DNA of 17,569 nt from an uncultured ANME-1 euryarchaeote (GCA_965195275.1 CBDAFQ010000013.1:1-17569); one strand, 5' to 3'. Counted from the stretch's first letter, positions 1 through 7,349 are shown. The notes: generated from the sequence alone by a model not told the origin. Program-made: numbers and translations.

Positions 1-138
1 ATAGAGCGTATCAAACGCTAAAGTCGATTTGCCACTACCGGAAAGACCAGTTATCACTATAAACTTATCTCTCGGCAGCGCAAGATTAACATTTTGCAGA
101 TTATGTTCCCGGGCGCCTTTGATGATTATTCGTTTCAT
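1..138 (-). CDS. uvrA: Excinuclease ABC subunit UvrA, N-terminal 46 codons; the gene continues beyond the window start
   Basis: The reverse complement of 1-138 translates to [46 protein letters not shown], which is the canonical UvrA N-terminus with the Walker A motif GLSGSGKS. The ATG is at 136-138 on the minus strand. It is absent from the ORF track because it has no stop inside the window. Confidence 0.8.
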   Translation of the reverse strand, partial: MKRIIIKGAREHNLQNVNLALPRDKFIVITGLSGSGKSTLAFDTLY

Positions 139-214
139 CACCGTCTAACTGTATAGGTTATTGGACTTGTTGCTAAAGGCTCAATTCCAACCCACAAAAA
201 AAATATTGGCCGTA

Positions 215-262
215 TATTACCTATAAAATAAATATATCCGGTGACTCTTATATATGGGGGTA
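215..262 (+). promoter_or_regulatory. AT-rich putative archaeal promoter for the SPFH gene, with TATA-like boxes (TATAAAAT, CTTATATATG) 10-45 nt upstream of the ATG at 270
   Basis: I read TTTAWATA-like boxes by eye. The short spacing suggests a leaderless or short-leader mRNA. Confidence 0.35.
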
Positions 263-269
263 AAAAAAA

Positions 270-1073
270 ATGGATTCTATACTGATATTTGCAGGAATAG
301 TATTTGTAGCATTGATCATTCTGGCGTCTTCGGTAAAGGTAGTGAAGGAATATGAGCGCGGTGTAATCTTCAGACTTGGTCGGTTAGTGGGTGCAAGGGG
401 GCCAGGGCTGTTCTTAATCATACCCATCTTCGAGACAATGGTGAAGATCGACTTACGGGTATCTGTTTTCGACGTTACGCCGCAAGAGGTTATAACCAAG
501 GATAACGTCACTGCGAGAGTGAATGCAGTCGTCTATTACCGCGTACTTGACCCGGAGAAGGCAGTGACCGAAGTGGAGCGATACGAATATGCAACCGCTC
601 AAATCGCGCTGACCACGATAAGAGGTGTGATAGGACAGGCGGAACTGGATGAATTGCTCTCTGGACGAGACAAAATAAACAAACGCTTGCAGACTATAAT
701 AGACGAAGCGACAGACCCGTGGGGTATAAAGGTATCCTCAGTAGAGATAAAGGATGTTGAGTTGCCAAAAGAGATGCAACGTGCTATGGCTGCACAGGCT
801 GAGGCAGAGCGGAACAGAAGAGCACGTATTATTTCCGCAGATGCTGAGTTTCAGGCGTCGAAGAAGGTTGCAGAAGCTGCAAACGTCCTAGAAAAAGAAA
901 AAGGCGGGATGTACATTCGAACTTTGCAAACGATAAAAGAGGCAACAGAGGAAAAAGCTACTACTGTCATCATACCATTCCCGATAGAGATGCTCGAAGC
1001 TTTTGGATTTCGGGGCGTTAGAAGCACAAAACAAAAAGAAGAAGAAACTTCGGATGATATAGCAGAGGAATAA
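270..1073 (+). CDS. SPFH/band-7 (stomatin/prohibitin-like) membrane protein
   Basis: The protein has an N-terminal TM helix followed by a PHB-domain signature: KEYERGVIFRLGR, VTKDNV, then a charged alpha-helical tail AEAERNRRA. Confidence 0.85.
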   Translation: MDSILIFAGIVFVALIILASSVKVVKEYERGVIFRLGRLVGARGPGLFLIIPIFETMVKIDLRVSVFDVTPQEVITKDNVTARVNAVVYYRVLDPEKAVTEVERYEYATAQIALTTIRGVIGQAELDELLSGRDKINKRLQTIIDEATDPWGIKVSSVEIKDVELPKEMQRAMAAQAEAERNRRARIISADAEFQASKKVAEAANVLEKEKGGMYIRTLQTIKEATEEKATTVIIPFPIEMLEAFGFRGVRSTKQKEEETSDDIAEE

Positions 1074-1076
1074 TTT

Positions 1077-1135
1077 TGTTGGATTTTCTCGGAAGCTACA
1101 GTACACAAATCCAACTTTTTATTTTTTCTTTTTAT
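1077..1135 (+). terminator. Hairpin (GTTGGATTT ... AAATCCAAC, 9-bp stem) followed by a long oligo-T tract. Likely terminator of the SPFH gene.
   Basis: The inverted repeat is at 1077-1085 and 1107-1115, followed by TTTTTATTTTTTCTTTTTATTTTT. Archaeal RNAP terminates at oligo-T. Confidence 0.45.
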
Positions 1136-1167
1136 TTTTAATTTCTTTTTCCTTTTAAGAAACTGTT

Positions 1168-2442
1168 ATGGGGAAGCAATTCTTAGAAATCGTTGAGAAA
1201 GAGAAGGTAGAAGAAATAGTTGCCGAGCTCAGTGCGAAACTTGCAAAGCAGACAGAGAAGGAAAAAGCGGGTATCGACGAAGCGCTCGGTAGAATTGCAG
1301 CTACAGACATCTTTTCAGTTCTCAATATCCCCCCTTTTGACCGAGCAACTATGGACGGCTACGCAGTGGTTGCCGCTGATACATTCTATGCAGACGAAAA
1401 CAATCCCGCCTCGTTGATTATAAGAGGATATGTCCCTGCGGGCGAGTTACCTTCACAAGATGTAGAAAGCGGCTATTGCTTGGGCATATCTACCGGCGCA
1501 CCTATCCCGAAAGGTGCAAATGCTGTTGTCAAAATCGAAAACACATTTCTTGATGATGCCGAAATAAAAAAGGTGAAGATATACAAACCAGTCGCTCCTA
1601 ACGAGAACATCATGCTCGCAGGCACGGATATAAAGCGAGGCGAGCGGATAGTAAAGGGGGGGACCATGCTAACGCCACGTGAGACCGGTGTTCTGGCTGC
1701 ATGTGGGCTAAACGAAGTCTCTGTACGTAAAAGACCGAAAGTTGCAATCATATCCACGGGCAATGAGATACTCGTGCCTGGCGAAGACCTCAAACCGGGA
1801 AAGATATACGATGTTAATGCGCAGGCAATCAGCGATTCAGTTAGAGACTGCGGCTGTGTCCCTTTAGCTCTTGGAATTGCACGCGATAACGTCAACGAGA
1901 TTTCTGGAAGCTTAAAAGAGGCATTAAAAAGGGATGTTGATGTTATAATCGCCTCGGGCGGTACCTCGGCAGGCGTTGGTGACCTATTGCCAAATGTGAT
2001 AGAAGAGCTTGGCGAGATTATCGTGCATGGCGTTGATATAAAACCAGGAAAACCGCTCATCTTCGGCTTGATCAGGGGAAAACCGGTGTTTGGATTGCCT
2101 GGCAATCCTACTTCTGCGTTAATTACCTTTAACCTTTTCGCAGCCCCTCTGCTACGCACAATAGCCGGTATCCGCTCGCTCGAAGAAGGCGAAAGGCGAA
2201 GTGCAAAAGCTGCAATTAGGATCTTCTCCGAGCGAGGGCGAAATGAATACGTACTTGTAAATCTCATGCCCCTAAACGATGAATTACTTGCATATCCTAT
2301 TCTCTCCGGCTCCGGTGCTATTACAACCCTATCAAAAGCGGATGGCTATTTGTACATGGCGAAAGGGAAGGAGATACTGGAAGAAGGGGAAATGGTGGAA
2401 GTTAAATTATTGACGAACCGAAATCAGCTCAAAAATCGGTGA
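1168..2442 (+). CDS. moeA: Molybdopterin molybdenumtransferase MoeA (gephyrin E-domain family)
   Basis: MoeA motifs are present: PPFDRATMDGYAV, GGTSAG, GLPGNPTSALITF. The 424-aa length is typical. Confidence 0.85.
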   Translation: MGKQFLEIVEKEKVEEIVAELSAKLAKQTEKEKAGIDEALGRIAATDIFSVLNIPPFDRATMDGYAVVAADTFYADENNPASLIIRGYVPAGELPSQDVESGYCLGISTGAPIPKGANAVVKIENTFLDDAEIKKVKIYKPVAPNENIMLAGTDIKRGERIVKGGTMLTPRETGVLAACGLNEVSVRKRPKVAIISTGNEILVPGEDLKPGKIYDVNAQAISDSVRDCGCVPLALGIARDNVNEISGSLKEALKRDVDVIIASGGTSAGVGDLLPNVIEELGEIIVHGVDIKPGKPLIFGLIRGKPVFGLPGNPTSALITFNLFAAPLLRTIAGIRSLEEGERRSAKAAIRIFSERGRNEYVLVNLMPLNDELLAYPILSGSGAITTLSKADGYLYMAKGKEILEEGEMVEVKLLTNRNQLKNR

Positions 2443-2488
2443 TTTTTGAGCTGACAATGCAAAATGGAAAGTGCAAAAGTCAAAGTTC
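2425..2488 (+). repeat. Copy 1 of a recurrent gene-3'-end element. A perfect 12-bp-stem hairpin CAGCTCAAAAAT-cggtg-ATTTTTGAGCTG straddles the moeA TGA stop, followed by the conserved tail GACAATGCAAAATGGAAAGTGCAAAAGTCAAAGTTC.
   Basis: The palindrome can be read directly. The tail is nearly identical to the reverse complement of 5346-5384 and similar to 5256-5286 and 10176-10210. Confidence 0.7.
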
Positions 2489-2509
2489 AATAAAAAGCGA
2501 TACACTCAC

Positions 2510-2530
2510 GTAATTATTTATATTCTAAGT
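2510..2530 (+). promoter_or_regulatory. TATA box (ATTTATAT) about 30 nt upstream of the tRNA 5' end
   Basis: This is a classic archaeal TATA. Its spacing fits a TSS just upstream of 2556. Confidence 0.45.
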
Positions 2531-2555
2531 TCCATATCTAATATCTAAAGGCATA

Positions 2556-2676
2556 CCCGCCTTAACTCAGTTTGGAAGAGTGCGCGGCTGTAGTGTGGCG
2601 TTAGATCACCTCCCAAAAGATCTTATAACCGCGCGCGGACACCGTGCTGTCCCCGGTTCAAATCCGGGAGGCGGGA
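2556..2676 (+). tRNA. Intron-containing tRNA, most parsimoniously tRNA-Tyr(GUA). The exons are 2556-2593 and 2641-2676, with a roughly 47-nt intron at 2594-2640 placed 3' of position 37.
   Basis: The acceptor stem is CCCGCCT/AGGCGGG with a C1-G72 pair (an archaeal/eukaryal Tyr identity element) and discriminator A. The D stem is ACTC/GAGT. The anticodon stem CGCGG/CCGTG contains one G-U pair, and the loop is CT-GTA-G|A. The variable loop is 5 nt. The T arm is CCCGG-TTCAAAT-CCGGG. The intron contains the hairpin AGATC-N11-GATCT and a CCGCGCGCGG segment able to pair with the exon to form a BHB-like splice structure. A T6 run follows at 2677-2682. Confidence 0.7.
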
Positions 2677-2689
2677 TTTTTTAGTAAAA

Positions 2690-3736
2690 ATGACAGAAAT
2701 GAAGGAACTATTGAAGGAATTAGCTGAAGCACATGGCGTTTCCGGTCGCGAAGGCGAGATAAGGGCAATCGTGGAAGCAGAACTAACGCAATATGTGGAC
2801 GAGATAAAGACCGACAGGTTGGGTAATTTGATAGCAACGAAACGGGGTAAAAAACCGTCTGTTATGCTTGCTGCGCATCTCGATGAGATCGGGCTTATGG
2901 TGAAGCATATAGAAGACGATGGATTTATGAGATTCTCAACCATTGGTGGCTGGTTTGATCAGACACTGCTAAATCAAAGGGTGATTTTGCAGGTCGATAG
3001 TGGTGTTGTATATGGCGTTGTCGGTTCAAAACCACCACATAAAATGAAGAAGGAAGAGCGGGATAAGATGATCAAATGCGAAGATATGTTCATTGATGCA
3101 GGAGCTCGTAGCAAAGAGGAAGTAGCGCAAATGGGCATCTCTATTGGAACCCCGGTCACCATAGATAGGCACTTTGTAGAGCTCAAAAACGGTATTGTTA
3201 CCTGTAAAGCATTTGATAATCGAGCAGGTGTCGCGATAATGATAGAAGCACTAAAAAGGGTGAATACTGAATTTGAGGTATATGCAGTGGGAACGGTACA
3301 AGAGGAAGTAGGGCTGAAAGGAGCACGAACCGCAGCTTTTGGGCTCGACCCCGATGTGGCTATCGCAATAGATACCGATATAGCAGGTGGGCACCCGGGA
3401 ATAGAAAAGAAAGACACGACAGTAGAGATAGATAAAGGTCCGGTAATCACCGTTTCTGATGCCTCGGGCCGTGGTATAATAACGCCACTCTCTGTCTTGA
3501 AATGGCTTAAAGAGACTGCGTCCCACCACAAGATAGAATATCAACTCAGTGTATCGGAAGGCGGTATGACAGATGCAGCTATAATTCATCTCACAAGAAG
3601 CGGCATACCCACGGGTATTATCGGTGTGCCTACAAGATACATACATTCGCCTGTGGAGCTGATAGGCATGAAGGACATCGATAAATGCGCTGAGCTCATT
3701 GCACGGGCTGTCGAGCATGTGGGTGATTACTTCTGA
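2690..3736 (+). CDS. M42-family metallopeptidase (TET aminopeptidase / FrvX-like)
   Basis: The 348-aa protein shows M42 signatures: AAHLDEIG, GGW, CKAFDNRAGVA and VQEEVGLKGA at the metal-binding region. Confidence 0.8.
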   Translation: MTEMKELLKELAEAHGVSGREGEIRAIVEAELTQYVDEIKTDRLGNLIATKRGKKPSVMLAAHLDEIGLMVKHIEDDGFMRFSTIGGWFDQTLLNQRVILQVDSGVVYGVVGSKPPHKMKKEERDKMIKCEDMFIDAGARSKEEVAQMGISIGTPVTIDRHFVELKNGIVTCKAFDNRAGVAIMIEALKRVNTEFEVYAVGTVQEEVGLKGARTAAFGLDPDVAIAIDTDIAGGHPGIEKKDTTVEIDKGPVITVSDASGRGIITPLSVLKWLKETASHHKIEYQLSVSEGGMTDAAIIHLTRSGIPTGIIGVPTRYIHSPVELIGMKDIDKCAELIARAVEHVGDYF

Positions 3737-3766
3737 GTATGCTCAAAAGAAGAGGATGTGTTCAGC

Positions 3767-3865
3767 ATGGAGGAGTTGAAGGAACTCGCAGCACTTGCTT
3801 ACGTTCATCTGAATGATGTCCGAATCCGAACCCGGGACGGTGGCGAAGAAGTGATTTATAGGTGA
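3767..3865 (+). CDS. 32-aa ORF (MEELKELAALAYVHLNDVRIRTRDGGEEVIYR) ending in TGA. It is in the same frame as the next ORF and only 2 codons upstream of it.
   Basis: I read it by eye. It is either an upstream small ORF or the N-terminal part of a gene interrupted by an in-frame stop. Confidence 0.2.
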   Translation: MEELKELAALAYVHLNDVRIRTRDGGEEVIYR

Positions 3866-3871
3866 CATGCC

Positions 3872-4207
3872 ATGGTAAGCTTTTTTCTTGAGGCTGTGCC
3901 CGCAAATGTGCTTATTGCAAGGGCTATTTGCAGCGATAACGTGGCTAACAATGCTAGTTACATCAGCTTCGGGGCATTGATAAGGATAAGAGGTGATAAC
4001 AGACTCGTTTTGAAGCGAGCAATCGTTGAACAGGCAATTGGTAGGGTGTTGACTGAGAACGAATGGCAGAGTGTTACCTGGAATCACATCGGCGCCATTT
4101 CCAAATCCGGCCGAACCGAGATTGTATTCGAGGATTCCGAAGAATCAAGAGTACTTGATGAGTTCTGGGATAAACGGTTAGAGAATGTGAAAAAGAATAA
4201 AAGTTAA
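3872..4207 (+). CDS. Hypothetical protein, 111 aa
   Basis: It is an ORF of reasonable length and codon composition. I recognised no family. Confidence 0.4.
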   Translation: MVSFFLEAVPANVLIARAICSDNVANNASYISFGALIRIRGDNRLVLKRAIVEQAIGRVLTENEWQSVTWNHIGAISKSGRTEIVFEDSEESRVLDEFWDKRLENVKKNKS

Positions 4208-4234
4208 AAAGTGCTTATTGTATATTCAAGTAAA

Positions 4235-4681
4235 ATGGCAAAAATAGAACTCGTTTGCTGGAAGGATAAAATCGGTGGCGAAATAGAGAGACAGGTAACA
4301 GATGCGTTCAGCTATGGCTTTACCATTGGTTCGCATGGCGAATGGGAGATGGCAATAGCGAAGGAGGATAAAGAAGTTTCGAAAAACGAACTCGTGAACA
4401 TAACGATAGAAGATATAGAGTTGCCGCCAAAGGCGATAGTCTTGCCTTGTAACATAATGCGACATGCACTTGGCATTGTTTCTTCGTTCGCGGCTGTGGG
4501 ACAGCCAAAGAGTGTAGAGGAAAAGAGAGTGCTTAATGAAGCTATTTTTCACCCCCTGTTTGATGGTAAGGTAAGTAAAGGCGAATTACTCTCTGTTGTG
4601 AATATATTTTATGCTGCGGTAGAGCGAAGGCTTGCGAGAGGTGCTGCGGAGAAGTGGCTGCGCGAGCGATACAAGTATTAG
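4235..4681 (+). CDS. Hypothetical protein. The track ORF begins at GTG 4211, and the first ATG is at 4235.
   Basis: The 148-156-aa ORF overlaps the downstream kinase gene by 28 nt, which suggests a co-transcribed unit. I recognised no family. Confidence 0.45.
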   Translation: MAKIELVCWKDKIGGEIERQVTDAFSYGFTIGSHGEWEMAIAKEDKEVSKNELVNITIEDIELPPKAIVLPCNIMRHALGIVSSFAAVGQPKSVEEKRVLNEAIFHPLFDGKVSKGELLSVVNIFYAAVERRLARGAAEKWLRERYKY

Positions 4682-5253
4682 CTTTCGTCGGTGCGCCCGC
4701 GGCCGGGAAGACAGAAGCGGCATCGGTAGCTAAGACGCTTGGCATTCCGATCATAACCATGGGTGACGTGATAAGGGCGGAGCTAAGAAGGCGAGGTCTT
4801 CCGTTAAGCGACGAAAATGCGGGCAGAATTGCATCGGAGCTGCGAGCGCGAGAAGGAATGGATGCGATTGCAAAACGGTGCATCCCACATATAAAAGCGA
4901 TAGCTGGTAAAAAAGCGGTTATCGTAATAGATGGTATAAGGGGCATCTCCGAAGTGGAAACGTTTAAAAAAGAATTTGGCACTGATTTTACGCTTGTGAG
5001 AGTGGATGCCCCTCTCAATCTCAGATATGAGCGGATAAAGACCCGTGGCAGAGGTGATGACTCGCTTAGTATCGAGGAATTTAAGGCACGAGAAGAGAGG
5101 GAGAAAGGGTGGGGAATGGGAGAAGCAATGAAAAATGCTGATAATGTTATAACGAACACGGGTTCTCGAGAACACTTTAAAGAACAGATAGAAGAGATTT
5201 TAGCTTCTTCGATACCGGAATATGGTAATTGCTCAAAATCTTGTGGATTTTGA
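4654..5253 (+). CDS. P-loop nucleotide kinase of the archaeal UPF0200 / CoaE-like family. The track start is GTG; an alternative start is the ATG at codon 36.
   Basis: The N-terminal Walker A motif is VLAFVGAPAAGKTEAA. The 199-aa length and overall pattern resemble archaeal UPF0200 proteins. Confidence 0.6.
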   Translation: MAARAIQVLAFVGAPAAGKTEAASVAKTLGIPIITMGDVIRAELRRRGLPLSDENAGRIASELRAREGMDAIAKRCIPHIKAIAGKKAVIVIDGIRGISEVETFKKEFGTDFTLVRVDAPLNLRYERIKTRGRGDDSLSIEEFKAREEREKGWGMGEAMKNADNVITNTGSREHFKEQIEEILASSIPEYGNCSKSCGF

Positions 5254-5286
5254 GCAATTAATTTCAAAATGCAAATTGCAAAATAT
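5231..5286 (+). repeat. Copy 2 of the 3'-end element. The hairpin GCTCAAAAT-cttgtgg-ATTTTGAGC straddles the TGA stop of the UPF0200 gene, followed by AATTAATTTCAAAATGCAAATTGCAAAATAT.
   Basis: It has the same hairpin arms (GCTCAAAA / TTTTGAGC) and the same ATGCAAAAT..TGCAAAA tail as copy 1. Confidence 0.65.
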
Positions 5287-5345
5287 AAAACGGTAAAATG
5301 GGCTCTTTTAACTTTAAAGCAGCCATTAACACCATCTGTTGAACT

Positions 5346-5413
5346 TTGACTTTTGCACTTTGCATTTTAAATTTTGCATTATCAGCTCAAAAAAAACAAA
5401 GGTTTTTTGAGCA
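5346..5413 (-). repeat. Copy 3 of the 3'-end element in minus orientation, downstream of the minus-strand gene 5442-5876. The hairpin is GCTCAAAAAA-aacaaagg-TTTTTTGAGC at 5385-5412.
   Basis: The reverse complement reads GCTCAAAAAACCTTTGTTTTTTTTGAGCTGATAATGCAAAATTTAAAATGCAAAGTGCAAAAGTCAAAGTTC, which matches 2427-2488 nearly position for position. Confidence 0.7.
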
Positions 5414-5441
5414 GATACGGAACATGTATAGAACCACGAGA

Positions 5442-5876
5442 TTATACAACGGCGCTTGCTACATCTCTGCTTTCTGTGGCGGCCAACCTGTATTGTCTCT
5501 TTGCCCTACTTCCTTTTCTCATCAAAATACCAGTAGAATGGAAGTTCCCTAAATATGTAGATATTGTAGTAAGTCCCACTTTCTCATCATACACGTCTTC
5601 ATATATACACCTTACCTCTGAAGAAGTGAACCAATCCTTTGGTGCCTTTTCATCAAAGCGCAAAAAGGATGCCAATCGCTCCTTTATCGTAAGTTCTTCG
5701 CCTTCATAATAATCATCAACTGCCGGCGAAGAAAGGTGCGTCTCCAAAAACTTTGTCACGTCATTTATAGTCATCTGTCGGAGCAGCTGGATTTGTAAAT
5801 CGCCCTCCTTCTCCAGGGTTGTTTTTGTACCTTCTTCATCCGTTACCTCTACCCGCACCTTTAGCATCGCTTTCAC
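5442..5876 (-). CDS. Hypothetical protein with a probable C-terminal winged helix-turn-helix DNA-binding domain; candidate transcription regulator
   Basis: The C-terminal segment SSEVRCIYEDVYDEKVGLTTISTYLGNFHSTGILMRKGSRAKRQYRL has a helix-turn-helix-plus-wing pattern. The gene is divergent from dnaJ. Confidence 0.5.
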   Translation of the reverse strand: MKAMLKVRVEVTDEEGTKTTLEKEGDLQIQLLRQMTINDVTKFLETHLSSPAVDDYYEGEELTIKERLASFLRFDEKAPKDWFTSSEVRCIYEDVYDEKVGLTTISTYLGNFHSTGILMRKGSRAKRQYRLAATESRDVASAVV

Positions 5877-5914
5877 CTGTTCACATATTCAGTGAACAAG
5901 TGAAGGTAAGGAAG

Positions 5915-5930
5915 AGGTTATATATAAAGG
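5915..5930 (-). promoter_or_regulatory. Strong TATA box (TTATATATAAA) preceded by a purine-rich BRE-like stretch, about 40 nt upstream of the minus-strand ATG at 5876
   Basis: It is a canonical archaeal TATA read directly from the sequence. The box is near-palindromic, so its orientation is inferred from the gene spacing. Confidence 0.45.
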
Positions 5931-6099
5931 TATTGCTGTAAATGTACAAAATCTCATTAGCGTCACTTGCTGATTTTTGACGTTTACCCCTTTTTATTTT
6001 ACACCTTACACGTTTAATTCTATGCTCAACCGCAGCCAAACTTTTGAGTTGACACCTCTGTTTCCTGTGGAGTGAGGTAGTGAACAGTGAACCTTGCTA

Positions 6100-6112
6100 A
6101 AACTTTATAGCA
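6100..6112 (+). promoter_or_regulatory. TATA-like box (AACTTTATAGC) about 45 nt upstream of the dnaJ start, with a GTGAACAGTGAACC motif immediately 5' of it
   Basis: I read it by eye. The spacing is compatible with a short 5' UTR. Confidence 0.35.
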
Positions 6113-6152
6113 TGAAAGACAAAATTATTAAGTAGTAGAAGGTAATGCAAAA

Positions 6153-7349
6153 TTGACAGAGAAGAAAGAGTACTACAAAACCTTAGGTGTAGATCGCGGA
6201 TCATCGCAGGACGAAATAAAGCGTGCTTATCGGAGATTAGCAAAAAAATATCATCCTGACCTCAACAAGGAGAACCACAAGGAATCCGAGGAGAAGTTTA
6301 AAGAGGTATCCGAGGCTTATGAGGTGTTATCGGATTCACAGAAGAGGGCGAATTATGATAGATTTGGGAGTGCAGGCGTTGATTTCGGTCGTGGTGGATT
6401 TGAGTGGTCTAATTTCACACGGTTTAGCGATGTAGAGGATATATTTGGAGGCTTATTCAAGGACCTTTTTGGCGGTAATTTCGGTAGATCTCAAGGCGGC
6501 AGCTCCATGTTCGATGACCTCTTCGGCCGGGGACAGACAGGGGCAGATGCAGGATACCGGCCAGAGAGAGGAAGCGACATCAGGTATGATCTTGAAATAG
6601 ACCTTGAAGATGCTGCGATGGGGATGGAAGAAGAGATAAGCATTGCTAGACGGGATTTCTGTCCCAATTGTAGCGGAACGGGCGCGAGTGCAGGCGGATT
6701 GGAAACCTGTGCTACTTGCGGAGGAACGGGACAGGTAAAAAGAGTGCAAAGGCAGGGCTTTGCACAATTCATTTCTATCGGTTCCTGCCCTCGATGCCGA
6801 GGAACGGGAAAAGAGATAAAAGATCCATGTGAGAATTGTAACGGAAACGGTAAAATCAAAGTGAATAAGAAGATATTAGTGAAGATGCCTGCGGGCGTAG
6901 ATACCGGAAGCAGATTAAGGATTGCAGGAGAAGGGAACGCAGGCGAGAGAGGAGGTCCACCGGGCGATTTGTATGTGATGATACATGTAAGGGAGCATGA
7001 ATTCTTCAAAAGAGGGGGCAACAACCTGTTTTGTGATGCTCCTGTTCACTTCGCGCAGGCGGTGTTTGGCGATGAGATAGAGCTAATGACGATAGAAGGC
7101 GGCACGGTAAGACTAAAAATGCCTGCTGGCACGCAATCGGGCACGGTCTTCCGACTGAAGAACAAAGGAATGCCCGATTTAAGGGGCTATGGGAAAGGTA
7201 ACATGCTAGCGAAAGTGCAGGTTATAACACCGTCAAAACTGAGTAAAAGGCAAAAGGAACTGTTACGTGAATTTGATGAGGGAGAAGAAGCAGGGGATAC
7301 GCAAAAGAAAAGTGCCTTTTGGAAAAACAAAAAAAAACAAAGTAAGTAA
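6153..7349 (+). CDS. dnaJ: Chaperone DnaJ (type I Hsp40) with a probable TTG start
   Basis: The J domain (YYKTLGV ... KKYHPDLN) is followed by a Gly/Phe-rich region and four CxxCxGxG zinc-finger repeats ([32 protein letters not shown]), then the C-terminal substrate-binding domains. Confidence 0.9.
   Translation: MTEKKEYYKTLGVDRGSSQDEIKRAYRRLAKKYHPDLNKENHKESEEKFKEVSEAYEVLSDSQKRANYDRFGSAGVDFGRGGFEWSNFTRFSDVEDIFGGLFKDLFGGNFGRSQGGSSMFDDLFGRGQTGADAGYRPERGSDIRYDLEIDLEDAAMGMEEEISIARRDFCPNCSGTGASAGGLETCATCGGTGQVKRVQRQGFAQFISIGSCPRCRGTGKEIKDPCENCNGNGKIKVNKKILVKMPAGVDTGSRLRIAGEGNAGERGGPPGDLYVMIHVREHEFFKRGGNNLFCDAPVHFAQAVFGDEIELMTIEGGTVRLKMPAGTQSGTVFRLKNKGMPDLRGYGKGNMLAKVQVITPSKLSKRQKELLREFDEGEEAGDTQKKSAFWKNKKKQSK

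Noticed and set aside
1473-2267. 264-aa minus-strand ORF antisense to moeA, and similar long antisense ORFs at 2974-3531, 4542-5267, 6491-7024 and 7894-8466
   Set aside because: Each is embedded opposite a well-supported conserved gene and has low-complexity Ser/Pro/Ile-rich composition. They are typical shadow ORFs.
3863-3865. In-frame TGA as a possible selenocysteine codon
   Set aside because: The lineage markers (PGF-CTERM, Methanomicrobia-like gene set) point to organisms that lack Sec machinery. I see no SECIS-like hairpin in the 3' UTR and no Cys-aligned context, so a stop or pseudogene is the simpler reading.
5930-5990. Possible HrcA/CIRCE-like heat-shock operator (TTAGCGTCACTTGCTGA...) upstream of dnaJ
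   Set aside because: It does not fit the CIRCE consensus TTAGCACTC-N9-GAGTGCTAA. CIRCE/HrcA is bacterial. The GTGAACA repeats are a better-supported candidate.
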